Positions 30,076 to 44,049 of a stretch of 64,000 nt of DNA are shown here, piece by piece (positions within the stretch are counted from its first letter, which is position 1; each line of letters starts with the position of its first letter). The translations under genes were made by a program, and so were the position numbers. Origin of the DNA: the human T2T-CHM13v2.0 reference genome, Homo sapiens. Where the stretch lies: NCBI RefSeq assembly GCF_009914755.1, contig NC_060930.1. One strand, 5' to 3'. The notes under the pieces were generated by a model. It ran no database searches. It saw nothing but the letters and a program-made list of their open reading frames with translations, and was not told the origin of the DNA.

Positions 30076-33000
30076 CTATTCTAAAAGTTTTGTTTTTGAC
30101 ATTTAGGACTTTAATAAAGCAGTACAGTCTTCATTCCCCTTAAAATCACCATGGCCTGGGGAACCCCCATACTCAACTGCTATCTTTCCATGCTTCAGGA
30201 AAGGAATGGACTCCAGAAATGGGTAACTTCAGCTAAAACAAGGCAGGTACCACTCAGCTTTGGTTTCAAATTAGAATTTTCTTTTAAGTGTAAAGTGAAA
30301 TAGTTGTCTTGGGAACTAGAGTTGTTACGAGAGAAATGGTTTCTAGTTTCCAAAATCTCCCTTTTGCAATGTCAAGAGGATGCCTAACCTACTTAAATGA
30401 TAGAAGTTTCCACCCCAACTTGGAAAAAAGTGAAGAGCTTTTCTAATCTTCACTATAGCAAAAGGAGAAAAGAGAAAGAACTGGAGAAGAGGACCAAGAC
30501 TTACATCTAATTTCTCCGGCTGGAGGAGTAGAGGGTGGGGAAGAAAGGGGAACACCTCAGAGCTGTCGTCACTCTACCACTTCCTCTGCCACAGACTGTG
30601 AGAATGTTGTGTCCTCACATGAACCATACCCAACATGGCATCAGCCACACAGTAGGTGAACCTCACTGCCGGAAGATGCTCATCATAGAAAGGACTGGAG
30701 ATAGTGTCCCCTGTGTCGCCCCAGTTCACATGTAGATGGAAGGGATCTGGTTCTCCAGGCCAAAGACACTTTTCTTGCTTTGCCATGGATGCATAAGATA
30801 GTCTCTGAGAATCCCAAATGTCCCCCGGCACTTGGGCTGCAAACTGAAGACCCTCAGTGCAGCTGATACAAAGCTGCTGGTATGAAGCTACAAATGGGCA
30901 CATTCTAAGACATTTACGTTTCTCTAGGAAAAATTCCTGGTTTGAAATACTTGTCCTGGACTTAATGTGTCTGTCCAATACTCCCATCATCATTCCTTCT
31001 TTAACTCTCCTACCAATTTTAGGGAAATCCTTGAAAGTCCCCAGTAGGAGAAGGGAGTTGCAGAGCTGAGGTGCAGCAGGACTGCCAGGATGAAGCCTGC
31101 AGACAGTGAAGCACCCTGTAGCAGGTACCACGGGGAGTTCAGCTAATCCGGGATCTGAATGGAAGGCATGAAGGTGATTCAGAGGAGAGCCAACAAATGC
31201 CAAGGTCAAGGGTGTTGTGAGGAAAGGGTCATGTTTCCCCAGTTGAGATGCCAGCATGGGCCCTACTCTGTGGCAAGGCCAGAGGGGCACTGCTCTCCTG
31301 GCCAGAGAGGACCAGGAGAGGACACTCTGTTATGAGGACAGGCAGTCTTCTCCCTCTACCCAGGTACCATCCTGTCAAGAAGGCAAAGGGAGAGAAGCCA
31401 TAGAAGTCTAAGCATTTACCTAAGAGAATAAATTCACCCCAAAGATATCCTTTTATAGGAAAGATATTGATTTACCTATCATGGGCAGTTTTTCTCCATC
31501 CACAGAAGAATAAGGCCCCAAGCATAAGATGAGATAAATTACAGAAAATCAAGGAAAGTACATTTTCTTTTGAGATGAAAACTCATCTCAATGTAGCATC
31601 AGCTCCACTGCATATAATAGACCTGTGATAAATATCTGTAGACACCACCTGGTTCTGGTCTGATCTTTTTTAAATCAGTGTTTAAATGCTAGATTTTATT
31701 AACAATATTGATGATGAAATGTTCTTTATCTTTAGCGTCACGGATGTCAAGGAAATACATATGCCCTGCTTTGCACTCGTTTCCAATGCCTGCTGCAGTT
31801 ACTAGACCAGGGGGTGGAAACACGTAGTTGAAAGTAGAAAGCCCACCACTCCTGCAGACAATCAATTCCTTTACTTAACTGCAATTACAGTGAGAGACCA
31901 AAACGTTTATCCTTCTCTTAGCTCCTCTATTTGCTTCTTCCCTGGGAGGCATTGGATGGATGGGCACTTTTAGATGCTGCTGTAGATAGTCTCCCTACAG
32001 TAAAAGGCTATTAGTGGGATTGCAAGACAGCCAAAGTTACAGCAAAGTGCAGTTCACTCGTATGCAGGACATGGCATTTTCTAATGGAGCAACGTTAGAG
32101 AGTAGACCCAGAGCAGGGCTGTGAGTGCCTAACAATGGCACAATGGAAGGCCCTCAATTATGCTGGACCTTGGCTCTCTGGGTCACGAATGGCCGAGGTA
32201 ACTGCTCAGCCTGTAAGTGAAGGGACTGTTCAGGCCTCTTAAGGAGTACAGGGAAAAGCTGAAGTTATAGAAAGAAAATAGTAGTTAGAATTGGAATTGT
32301 AAAATCAGGTGAAGGAAGGAGAAACTGGCACAAATAGAAGGGAAAACACTATTAGGGAAAATATTTCATTCCCGAAAAGCCAAGCAATACAAAAATAAAA
32401 AGAAAAGAAAACCAAAATGTGGCCTGCCCCTTCCTTGCGAACTCACAGGACTATTGCCTAGAACCTGTGCAGAAAGGCCAGCCATTGCATTTCATCCCAA
32501 GGGACTGCTTTTCCTCTCACACTCCAGCCCTGGGTTCCCCCAGCTCCAGCATTAGACCATTAGGAATGGCTTGTTTGCAACATCTAGAGAGGCTACCCTA
32601 CCCTCATGCAAGCTTAATGAGGTGTTGAGCAATAAGGCCCATATTCCTATTTACAGTTTCTTCTCTCATTTCAAGTCACAGAATACACTATCTTGCAAGC
32701 CCCCAAACCCCTGGAAGCAGCCCACCAGACTCAGTACTGAGCTACAGAGAAAAGTTAGTGAAGGAACAATTCCATCAGGCTTAGAGAAACAATGTTCTCC
32801 TAATCAGGTTACTTCCTGGCAGTTCCTTACCAGCTGGGCTAACTTCTAGTCAATAAGTTCACAGTGACCTTCGCAGTTGCCAGGAATGCTTAATTGAATA
32901 CTTGAACAGATAGTAAGTAGAATAAATAGCACATGCACCCTAAAATTGGCAATAGAGTTAAAGAAAGAATGATGCAACTTAGTTTTGGTAGACTGGACGA

Positions 33001-33329
33001 AAACATTAAGTTCAGAACAAGAATTTTAAACCAGGACACTTCCTAGGGAGACATAAATGTCTTAGAATGTGCTCCTAGTAGCAGCTTTGTTTCGGATGCA
33101 CTCAGAGTCCTTAGGAAACTTTGAGATGATCAGAGTCTGTCCTATGTATCACATGCAAAATATGGCAGGTCTCTTTGGCCTAAAGAAACAAACAAACAAA
33201 AAAAACGGACTTCAAAGTCTGTGGACACAAGCCAGAAGGGGTGGCCCCAGAACTGTCCTAGAGTAGGGTCCAGCTCTCCAGACCCTCAACTCATGTGCTG
33301 TTGAATGCTAATTTTGTGCTGGAAGTAAT

Positions 33330-33530
33330 GTTGAACATTTTTATGTGTTATCTGATTTAATATTTCACCAATGCTATGATGTAATTATTACTTTTATTTT
33401 TCTCAGAAAAACAAAGTGCAACTTAGGGGGTAGACTAACTTATCCATGATCACACCATGAATAGCAATGGGTAGAGCAGTCTTTCAAATCCAGTCAGTCT
33501 GGCTCGAAAACCCATGCCCATAAACACCAT
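33330..33530 (-). mobile_element. MIR
   Basis: taacttatccatgatcacac..tttcaaatccagtcagtctggctcgaaaaccc. Confidence 0.7.
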
Positions 33531-33556
33531 ACCTTGGAGTCAAAGAATATGTGCTG

Positions 33557-33853
33557 GGCTGGATGTGGTGGTTCATACTTGTAATCCCAGCACCTTGGGA
33601 GGCTTATGCGGGCAGATCATTTGAGCCCAGGAGTTCAAGATGAGCCTGAGCAACAAGGCGAAACCCTGTCTCTACAAAACATACAAAAAATTAGCTGGGT
33701 ATGTTGGTATGCACCTGTGGTCCCAGCTAATTGGGAGGCTGAGGTGGGAGGATCACTTGAGCCCAGGAGGTTGAGGCTTCAGTGAGCCACATCGTGCCAC
33801 TGTACTCCAGCCTGGGCAACAGAGTGAGACCCTGTCTCAAAAAAAAAAAAAAA
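33557..33853 (+). mobile_element. AluJ
   Basis: Full dimer with J diagnostics (tttgagcccaggag; ggtgggaggatcacttgagccc; gagaccctgtctc) and A tail. Confidence 0.93.
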
Positions 33854-34873
33854 TCCCACTACTGGATCTAAAGATGGTCTGATCCAGACACCTTTATTGA
33901 CCTAGGCCTCAGGTAGCCCGAGATGAATCCCAGGAGCACATCCTAGGAGCCCCCGTCCTAGGTATAAGGATACACTACATTGGAAACATAAACTTCCTGC
34001 AAAACATTGCAGTGTGGCTGACGATACCATGAAAAAACAAAAAGAATCATGAACATAGCTTTAGAATCTATGCTTTTATATCTTTTCTAAGTCTACAATA
34101 TATACCAAGAGGCAACGTTCATATTTTATGGATACTTGTTTTTTTTTTTTTTTTCAATCCCTATGGATCTTTTGTTGACATACTGATCACTAAAGTTATT
34201 TGTAGATCATGGTTCCACACGGTCCCCAACTGACAAATATTACTTATGGTCTTCTAGGGTCTAATTTCATTATCAATTAAAGGACCATGTATTTACCAGC
34301 ATGGCTCATTCACAGGTTTTCCCTGGTCTGGCTATTTGGAAAGCTTCACCTTTTAGTGTACAAAGTAGAAAGTGCACACGCAAAAGTTTGCTCTTCTTTT
34401 ATTTCTGAATATTTACTGCTGGGCTTGGCCAACAAGAGTTTCACAGGCTTCTGTTGCTCTGAGAGGAAGAAAATGTACTCCGGGTTCAGTGCACGCTTTG
34501 CACTCGACTGGGAAAGACACGTCAAAGAAAAAAGAGAGACTGCACATGGCCTTTATATGGACCACAGATTGAGAGACAAAGAGCCTAGAATCTTTTAAGA
34601 CTTTCAGGATTCAAAAATTTGCAACATTTTAGATTTATGATTCTTAAAGTTAAGAACATCTCTGGATATTTCTCCTACCCACCCCCTCCCCCCAAAAAAA
34701 ACACATTTCTGCAGAAAAACAAAAGGACTGTCTTATGGAATAAAGAATAATCACAATACTGGTAACAACAACAACCACAAAAGCCTGTGAGGCATAAGGT
34801 CAGAAGACAGTAAATTAAGGGACAGCAAAATGTGAAACACAGATGAATAGAAATATTAATCCAGCTCGACACT

Positions 34874-35374
34874 GTGTCTGTGAGTGTCTAACTGAGTGTC
34901 TAACTGGAGAAATGGAACACATTCTAGGTGTGTCAAACACAAGAGATTTAATCGAGGAAATGAGTTACATAGATGACAAATGAACTGAAAAGTCAAAGAA
35001 GCTACAGTGAAGTAACTGCACTCAGGAAGTGACCATCACTCCTGGAGCCACAGAGCTAAAGGAGGAGGTGATATCCTCACCGGAATCAAGACTCGGCGCC
35101 TGCCCCCAAAAGGCAGGCTGGCCAGCATGGGACAGGCCTTGAAGGAAGCAGAGCTGCTGCTGGAAGCGCCACCTGCAACAGAGAGAAAGAGGGAGGGACC
35201 TCCTGGCTTCTCCCTCATCCCACCTGCCACTTTTCTGCCAGCACCACCCATTGGTTGAACCTCCCGCATAACCACAAGTTGGGGAAACTGGGGAATCGGA
35301 CCCCCTGCAATCCAGCACAGAGCAGGGAAGGGCCAGGAAAGGATCCCAGAAGGAACGGGCAAATGGCCAGCACA
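34874..35374 (-). mobile_element. ERVL solo LTR (LTR33/LTR41 group)
   Basis: Minus strand starts TGTGCTGGCCATTTGCCC..CCCTTCCCTGCTCTGTG..CAACCAATGGGTGGTGCTGGCAG and ends ..ACACA. Confidence 0.7.
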
Positions 35375-35518
35375 GAATCTGATGGTTTTCTTCACTTATG
35401 AGGAAATAGTTTTATTCAGTTTTCGCTCATAAGAAACAAAATAGCATTTTTCAAAAGTAACCAATTCAAATTTTCAGATGTAAAAATGGTTATTCATAAT
35501 TCCTTGTATTTAGTAACA

Positions 35519-36675
35519 CAGTCATGCACCACATAAGGATGTTTTCATCAGCGATGGGCCACATATACAATGAGGGTCCTACAAGGTTATAATGGAGCCA
35601 AAAAATTCCCGTCACCTAGTGATGGACAGCTGCCATAATGTTGTTGCACACTGCATTACTTGTGTTTCTGGTGATGACGGTGCAAACAAGCTTACTGCAC
35701 AACTGGTCATATGAAAGTCTAGTGCATAGAATTATACACAGTACATAATACTGAAGAATGATAATAAACAACTATGTGAATGGTTTGTGTATTTACTACC
35801 CTATACTTTTAAATCATTGTTTTAGAGTGTACTCCTTCTAATTATTTTTTTTTAAGTTAACTGTAAATAGCCTCAGGCAGGTCCTTCGGGAGGCATCCAG
35901 AAGAAGGCTTTGTTGTCAAAGGAGCTGACAGCTCCATGCTTCTTATTGCCCCTGAAGAACTTTCAGTGGGACAAGGCGTAGAGGTGGAAGACAATGGTGT
36001 GGGTGACCCTGACTCTCTATAGGCCTAAGCTAATGTGTATGTTTGCGTCTAAGTTTTTAACAACAAAAACATTTTAAGCTAAAAACAATAAAAAAGTTGA
36101 AAAAAGCTTACAGAATAAGGATATACAGAAAGAAAATAATTTTTTAGCATATAATGTACTTATGTTTTAAGTAAGTGTTGTTATAAAAGAGTCCAAAAGT
36201 TTGTAAAACATTGAAATGTTCATGAAGTTAAAAAGTTACAGGAAGATAAGTTTAATTTATGACTGAAGAAATAAAAACGTTCATATATTTAGTGTAGCCT
36301 AAGTGTACAGTGTTGATAAAGTCGACAGGAGTGTACAGTAATGTCCCCGGCCTTCACATTCACTCACCACTCACTCACTGACTCACCCAGAGCAACTTCC
36401 AGTCCTACAAGCTCCATTCAGTTGTCCTAATCAGGTGTAGCATTTCTTAATCTCTTATGCCATGTATTTACTGGACCTTTTCTATGTTTAGATATGCAAT
36501 ACCATTGTGTTATAATTGCCTACAGTATTCAGTACAGTCACATGCCATACAGGTTTGTACTCTAGGAGCAATAAGCTAGACCATATAGCCCAGGTGTGTA
36601 GTAGGTTACACTATCTAGGTTTGTGCAACCACACTCTACAGTGTTAATACTATGACCCAGTTCTCAGAATGTATT
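35519..36675 (+). mobile_element. Tigger3b (TcMar-Tigger) lacking the right TIR
   Basis: Starts CAGTCATGCACCACATAAGGATGTTT; collinear with the copy at 50118-51322. Confidence 0.88.
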
Positions 36676-37859
36676 ATTTGCTCTCAGAAAGAAAAAGAAT
36701 GTGTTGCCCAAACACATGTCCTCCATTAACTAATTGGCCATCAACTCTTTTGAAGTTTTTTTCCTTGACCCATATCTCTCCCGGGCTCATAGAACATCTT
36801 TCTGAAGGAAGGAGTCAATGAAAACAGTTTTAGTAACTCCTTTTTCTTCTACCCCCAGAGCTGAAAGGGATTATTATTGGCTTTATTAGCGGTTAAAAAT
36901 AAAAATTATTACTGATTAGTAAATCTCACATTTATTTTTAATTATCAGGTAGCATTGAATGCAAAATCAACTGCCTTGTTAGCTTTTAGTGAAATCCTTT
37001 TAAAAGGCACAACTGAAAATACATCAGAAAAAAAATCTTTAATGTGAATTTCCTGGGACCCCATGTCTACTCAGCATTTCCCTTTATTCCAATTGTACTG
37101 GGTCACCTGCTGCTTCAGCAGAGAGTCCCTCATGCCTTTGATCACTACACTGATGGGGCTTTTATAACACTTGATATTTATAATCAGAGAGCTGCATGCA
37201 GGTTATTGTTACATATTCAGAATGTGCTTTTCCTTTCAATGAGAATGAGAATTATTCCCCTGATAACAATAGGAGTGATGGAGGTATTCAATGGCAAAAG
37301 TGAGGTTCCAGTAGGACCACCATGAATGTAAGTGCCCGGGACAGGATCCTGCTTAGTCCAGAATGATGGACATAGGCTGGTTTCTACTGAAGAGGAAAAT
37401 GAAATGAGATCACATGAAATGAAGGCAAACTTTTATCTACTACAGAGAAAGAACCTCCTGGGAAAATATGGGCCTGCTAGGAAATAGTACTGGGTATCAA
37501 AGGTGATTTCTGTTTCCTGTAGTCAGTTCTGAACTAATTCCCAGAATGGCATGAAGGGATGCCAATTTGAACAGAAGACAAACTGTGCTCTCTGTCCATT
37601 TGAAATCACATCACCTACAAGAGTAATACAAATGGCTTGGATTTTTTATAGTCACTTACTTCTAAGGAGGTCCAAGGGCTTCCTACCCATGATCTCATTT
37701 ACTAGCAAACTGTGAACTCTATTCTCCCACGTGCAAGAGAAGTGCCACTTCCCTGGGTAGAAGAGAGAGAGGAACTTCCTCTACTCCTCTCTCTCTATTT
37801 AACTGTCTCTGGACAAGCAAAGAGGAAAATATGCTGGCTGTGCCCAAACCAGTGTCATG

Positions 37860-38092
37860 AAAACAGCAGGGCCTTTCGAGCCAGAAGACAGGTACTTGAT
37901 CCGGGCTTGCCCTGCCACTTTTCATCTGGGTAAAGTTGGCCGAGTCATTTAACCTTACTGGGCCTCGGTTTCTTTGTCTATAAAATGGGTACAGTGACTC
38001 CTTCCCTGAAGTATTGTTATGTGAAATAGAACTAATACAGGTAAAATGCCTCAAACAATGGTTGACGTATACTTGATGTTCAATAAATAGTA
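37860..38092 (+). mobile_element. MIR
   Basis: gagtcatttaaccttactgggcctcggtttctttgtctataaaatggg..tcaataaatagta. Confidence 0.85.
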
Positions 38093-41000
38093 TCATTTGT
38101 GTCTATTATATATTTAGTTGAGCCAAAGCCCAATATCAAGCCCGCTTCTTTTCTTCCATTCCTACTCTGCCATTTTCTCTCTTTCAAGCTCACTTTGGTG
38201 AGAATTTAGAAAAGTGGCAGAGCAGAAGCATAGACCTGCCCAAGAAAAGCCCAGGCTAGGAGTTTTCCTACACTAATCATAAATGTACACAGGGGGCAGG
38301 GCCCCTCCTCTTCACCTTTCTGCTCTTACATGAGAAAGGCCGCATTCGTCCAATGAAAGTCATTCAACCTGTATTCCCAACCTTATAGCTGTCAGGGAGG
38401 TACAGTAATTTCCAGAGACAAAAAAGATAAAAATCTACCTTTAAAAACTCCCTAATGTTAGGAATCTAGAACATTAGTTATTGAAAATTGGTGTGGCTTG
38501 CCAAATAGATCTCAGACATACTAACATCCTAAATGTCTGTCTCATTGGTCCCTGCAATATCCAAGGCACTGTCTAGATCCTGAGAGCCAAGGTCCTCCCT
38601 TTGAGAACCTCACAGTACAGTGGGAAAATAATCCTTCTACACGTATGGGAAATAGAGTGAACACTAGCCACAGGCTTTTCTTCTTTCCCAGCCAACCCCA
38701 GCCTGCTGCAGAATTGAGCTGAGGGAGGTGAGTGATGGTATTTAGAGCCCTATTTTGTCATTCAGCATTTTAAAATTATGTCCTAAGAATTTTAGAAGAA
38801 GAGTAACTATTAGCTTTGGAAGAAAATCACATATAAATCACCATTGTTGCGTTACTTTTTCCCCCTGAACTCCCCCCTGGCTTTACAAATTAGTTCTCAC
38901 ATTACTTACTAAAGTACTCTGAACTTTATAAACACAATACAACTTAATTATCCCTTTCTAAAGTGGTTTCCACAGTTTAAAGAGTCTTTGAATGAAAGTA
39001 TATTTTCACAGCTGTATATTCACACAGAAAAATCGCTATTGTTATCATCATCATAAGTTTCATGGGATGTTTTTTGGTACCAAATATATTTATTTTCTAG
39101 AGAACAACAATAAAAACCATGTTTTTACATGCCTTCAGTGCAGTTTGAACACCAGTGTTGCCAATGAGTTTGTAGAGAATGTGTTCCTAATAGACACAGC
39201 CCTCTTTGCAGTTGTTTGGAAGCATTCCCCAAACCCTCTAGAAACTTAACATCAAGGGACCCAAACCTCCTTCTCTGTACGGATGCCATTCTGTGGGATC
39301 CACTCTGACACCTTCTACACAGATTGCATGAAAGGTATGTCCTGTCTGCTTTGGCTGGTTATCATTCTTGTTTCAGAATGATTTCAGAAAAGACCATAAG
39401 CTTGTGGCAGAGTGAATTTGTGATCTTATCCAATCATCTGGGTTGTTTGCAAAACTTCAGTAGGTGGCAGCGTTTTGTTGATAAATGTTTTGTTAGCCAA
39501 GTGATCTCATTTAGTGCAACTGTTGCAATATTAATAAACTGAACTTATGATCGTGTTTGCCAGGACTGAAAATATTGCCTTTCTATCCAGCGGGTGCTCT
39601 TATCTGAACTGACAGCAGCATTCATTGTCTTAGAGATGAAGCGGGGGTGGTGTGATTGTGTGTATGCTCTTATAAGGAGAAAGTGATGGAGGCAGAGAAA
39701 AGGGTTAGGAAGGGAGGCTGGAGAGAAAGAAAGAGGATATAAAAGAGCTATGATGAGATGCCTTGCCCACTACCTGGCTGGTTCTGACAAAACTCTGGGC
39801 TGCCTCAAGTGTTCACTCCTTCCTTGGGTGCCCTTTGTGGCTCACAATGACCTGCAGGTGGTCCCTGAGATCCTAAGGACACTAGGTCATGGTCGCCTGC
39901 TAAGCAGCAGCTCAGACCCTTTGCAGCAAACATGGGGAGGCTCACAAGGGCTAAATACCCCAATACCCATTCATGAGGTCACACGAGAGTGCTCCAGATA
40001 TGTCCCCAAGCTTACCAGGGCTGGGAAAGACAATGTTCCATTACCTCTCTGAATTAAAACAACTTCTGCCAGGCCTATTGTGACCAACCAGGACAGCTCC
40101 AGAGTGGCCTCTAGAAAGACGGGGATGGGGGCAGCAAATCCTTCACCAAAAGCTCCCACCTGTCACTCAAGGCTCTTCAAATCTGACCCAATCAATCTCT
40201 GTCACATCCGTTTTCTTCACTCTTCTCTGCAAGCCCTCCTTTAAGGGATGGGAAGCCCTGGCCAGTAAACAGAGAACTGAGGACACTTCAGAAGTGTCTG
40301 CTCTTTCTCAGAAGACCCCAGAAAGCCACCCACACTCAAAAGTTTTCAGGGGCACCTTGGCTAGGATTTCAGGAGGATCCCTTGTGGGAATCACATATAT
40401 TGAGCCCAGAATACGCCTTTTAATTTTTTCAATTCCAGAACCTCGCTCCTGCTGTTCTCTTTGCCCCGCTAGAGATGCCCTTTATTCCATCCCCTTCACC
40501 TGTCAGCAAGATGAATTCCAGGAGTAGATTCAAGTCCTCCCTCAGTGATAAAGGTTCTCTGATCGCCCCAGCTGGACTGGATATCTTTGTTTTATGAAGA
40601 CTCACTGCAATTATTGCTATGCCAACTGAGCGGCCTTTACTGCCTCATAACAGCAAGGAAACTTGTCATTGCAGCATCTGGGCTGCAACCTCTGAAAGCA
40701 GGAGGCCCATGTCATGCATGTGCTTAGAGGTACTCAGTTAAAGCTTAGCCAACGCATCATTTGCACTGCTTTTCGTTGACACCTTTCACACCACTTATTT
40801 TTACTTTGTATTAAAATTATAAAAACACTGTACATATAAAGCCTGCTTTCCTCTGCAGACTCTAAGCTCATTACATGCAAAAGCCTATCTGAATTATCTT
40901 TGTCTATGCTGAACACCTCGAACAATGGCATAACAAAAATGTCCTTCGATTAATTGATGCCTTTTTATTCAAATTAACTTGCAGTCGGTCTCATTGCTAC

Positions 41001-41793
41001 CACAGAAGGACTCTTTCAGTTCTCTTTGTAAAGTCATTCCTCTGAGATAACCATGGTTAAATTCTTCACCAAGGAAAGATCCCCGCACATCATTTCAGTA
41101 ATCGTAGCACAAGACCCAGGCCTCTGAACAGTTACAGTAATGACTAACTGAACCGGTAAAACATTAAAGATCTCCTTTGCCTCCAAGTTGGCATAAAGCC
41201 TTTTACTTAACACCAGTTAGTAATCTTTCTTATTTCTATTTATATATTTCCAAAGCAAAAAGATGACCATTTAAAAGGAGATTATCTCTTTCTGCCTTGT
41301 CAAATCCTATTAAAATCAATTAAGAATTTTGGAAGACACTATAACTGGTAACAGAATATGTTAATATTCCCATGGGGCCCAAAAAAGCACATTATCTTCC
41401 CTGAGAGTACCCCAAGTTACTAGTCGGCCGATGTAGAATCAAATCAATTTCCCTTGCCCAATGCCTACTGCCCAATATGAGACGCTTTTCTAACACTGCT
41501 TTGTTAGTCAGTTCATCATGTCAGAATGAGTTAGAGAACTTTAAGAGTACATGATCTCCCATGTGTACAGATTATCACCATTATGTTCAAATATTTGCCT
41601 CAAATTCACAGTGAGCAGTGATGTGCATGCTGAAGGTTTTACAGAGTTGGAAGGATGACATGCTTTGGAGAAAGGATTTGGATGCTAGGAATAGTTGAGC
41701 AATCTGCATTTATAAAGCAACCATTAATTCTGGCCATTCTCTTAAATACATAGTATGAGATGGGAAGGAAAAGCAAGGGGCTCTGGTGGCTTT

Positions 41794-42086
41794 ATTTATT
41801 TATTTATTTATTTTGATACAGAGTTTTGTTCTGTAGCCCAGGCTGGAGTGCAGCAGCATGATCTCGGCTCACTGCAACCTCCACCTCCTGGGTTCAAGTG
41901 ATTCTCCTGCCTCAGCCTCCTGAGTAGCTGGGATTACAGGTGCCTGCCACCATGCCCGGCTAATTTAGTATTTTAGTATTTTGTATTTATTTTGTCATGT
42001 TGGCCAGGCTGGTCTCAAACTCCTGACCTCAGATTATCTGGTTCCCAAAGTGCTGGGATTACAGGCATGAGCCACCGTGCCTTGCC
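41794..42086 (-). mobile_element. AluS with rearranged linker and left-arm deletions
   Basis: (TTTA)n tail; TSD tctggtggcttt (41782-41793) and tctagtggcatt (42087-42098). Confidence 0.9.
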
Positions 42087-44049
42087 TCTAGTGGCATTAA
42101 GTCCTCCAAATACATCGTCCAGGTACTTCTGTGCTCTATAAAAATATGCTTTATAAAATTTTCAGAGGTTTGGAGTGAGGAAACAACTATCCTTCAACTT
42201 CTGCCCCATAACCTAAAAATTGCATTCCTTCATAGAATACTGTAGTTAAATAATTGCCTTTCTTCCACCCTACCTTCTGCCGCCTAAACCAACCAGTGCC
42301 CCCATGTGCACATGCACGCTACACACACATACACACACCGTAATATCCTTGAATCCCTAGAGCTTTCTCACCACAAGAGCTACAGATTCATGAGAAAGCC
42401 AAACGTAGAGTTCAGCTCTACTTTCTTTAACAAAGATACTCCCAATGTGCATCCTATAGAAACAAACTAGTGTGGGTGCTCCCACCGCAGACAGATCCGT
42501 AATCATACTCACTTAAGACTGAACCATCATTGTTGTTTCAAATGTCTTCACTAACCAATGAAATCATGCTCATTCATTCTGCTTCAAACTTCCAAGCCGT
42601 GTTTCTTTGGAAACTTTGCATCCAAGCTGACCTACCCATAGTTCACTTCAGGTCATCATGAAGATAGTCAAGTCCCATCAGATAATTGGCTATCACATTC
42701 AGGGAACAACGCACTGCTCCATGCTTCAGCCCACACAAATCCCAACTTGTTGAAGCAATTTAAACAGCTACACTATGGACTGAAGAAAAAAAGTGCATCG
42801 CAGAAAATTTCAATCCCTTGGCTGGGATGGCATAAATGAACTACCTAATTATAGGAGACCAAGCAGAAGTGGTTTGCATAAGTTGTTCCCATAACTATTT
42901 GTCCCTCCTTTTGTCATCTTCCATGTAGGGGCACCATTATTACTGGGGAATTAAAGTTATTATATAGTGGATAGTCTGCTAGTATCCTATTTTTTATATT
43001 CAGCAATCACCAGCCTAATGGAATGTCTAGAATTCACACTGCCAATCTGACAACTTGACTGGGCACTGGATGTGTTGGAAGCACAACTCCTAATTTTAGG
43101 ATGTAGCCTTATAACATGGCATCCTATGGAAAGGAGGAGAAGAGCCTGATTATCAATTTGAAAATTCTTAGTATTTTCTTATTAGTGATGAAACCTTAAA
43201 ATCTGACACCTTGGCTAGTTCTCTCAAGATGTCATTATTTAAGTCATTCATTATTAGAGCATCGACAATCAAAAGAAATTAATTTCATATCAGCATGGCC
43301 CTATTTGTCTGGCAGAAAGTGACATTGCAAAATTCATCACAAGAACAACTTTCACTTCATAATTGAGAGAAGTTGCGTGGTTGTCTTGAGTCCAAGAAAC
43401 CAGCTGAGAGACATGCCAGAAGGAGTAGTGGGCAGGAGACAAAAATCTGGGTACCAGCTCCATTTCTATTCTAAATTAGATGCCTTTATGTAAATCACTT
43501 TTCTTCTCTGGGCTTCTGTTGTCTTACCGGCAAGATAAGGCCAGACATTTGCTAAGGGCTCTCCAGTTTTAACATTCTGTGATGCTATTAGCATTCTATG
43601 GTACTTAACGCAGGAAGTCACAGAGATTGCGGTTGACCATGAAAGCCTACAGAATTTCTGGAATCTTTTTAAACAGATATGAACCAAAGGTGACCAGCTG
43701 GTCAGCATGCTGACAGGAACAACTTGAGTTACGCCCACAAAGGAGTCGACTTGACTCGGTGATAGTGGTGAGGGGGAAACTACGACTCTCAATGAAAGTT
43801 CAGGAAGGTGCTCAGTGTTTCATCATGTATGTGTAGCACCAACTCTGGAGATAATTTTGAGGTGAATACATCTTAATTTTGGCCCACCACCTCTCCTGCA
43901 CCTCTTCCTCACTTTACTTGCCTTCCAAGTTTCCAGGACCTTTAGTGTTAGAATGTGTTTGGGGTAGATTGGAATTGTCACATGATGTTTTTACATTAAT
44001 CTTTTTCTTGCAGACTCTTTTCACTCCAAATTCATGATCACTAATCTCA

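Noticed and set aside
31023-31124. Plus-strand exon candidate (ttttag| ... CAG|gtacca)
   Set aside because: Weak donor, no partner exons and no recognisable peptide.
30574-31290. 238-aa minus-strand ORF
   Set aside because: Non-ATG start, no recognisable domain, composition like translated non-coding DNA; overlapping ORFs are equally featureless.
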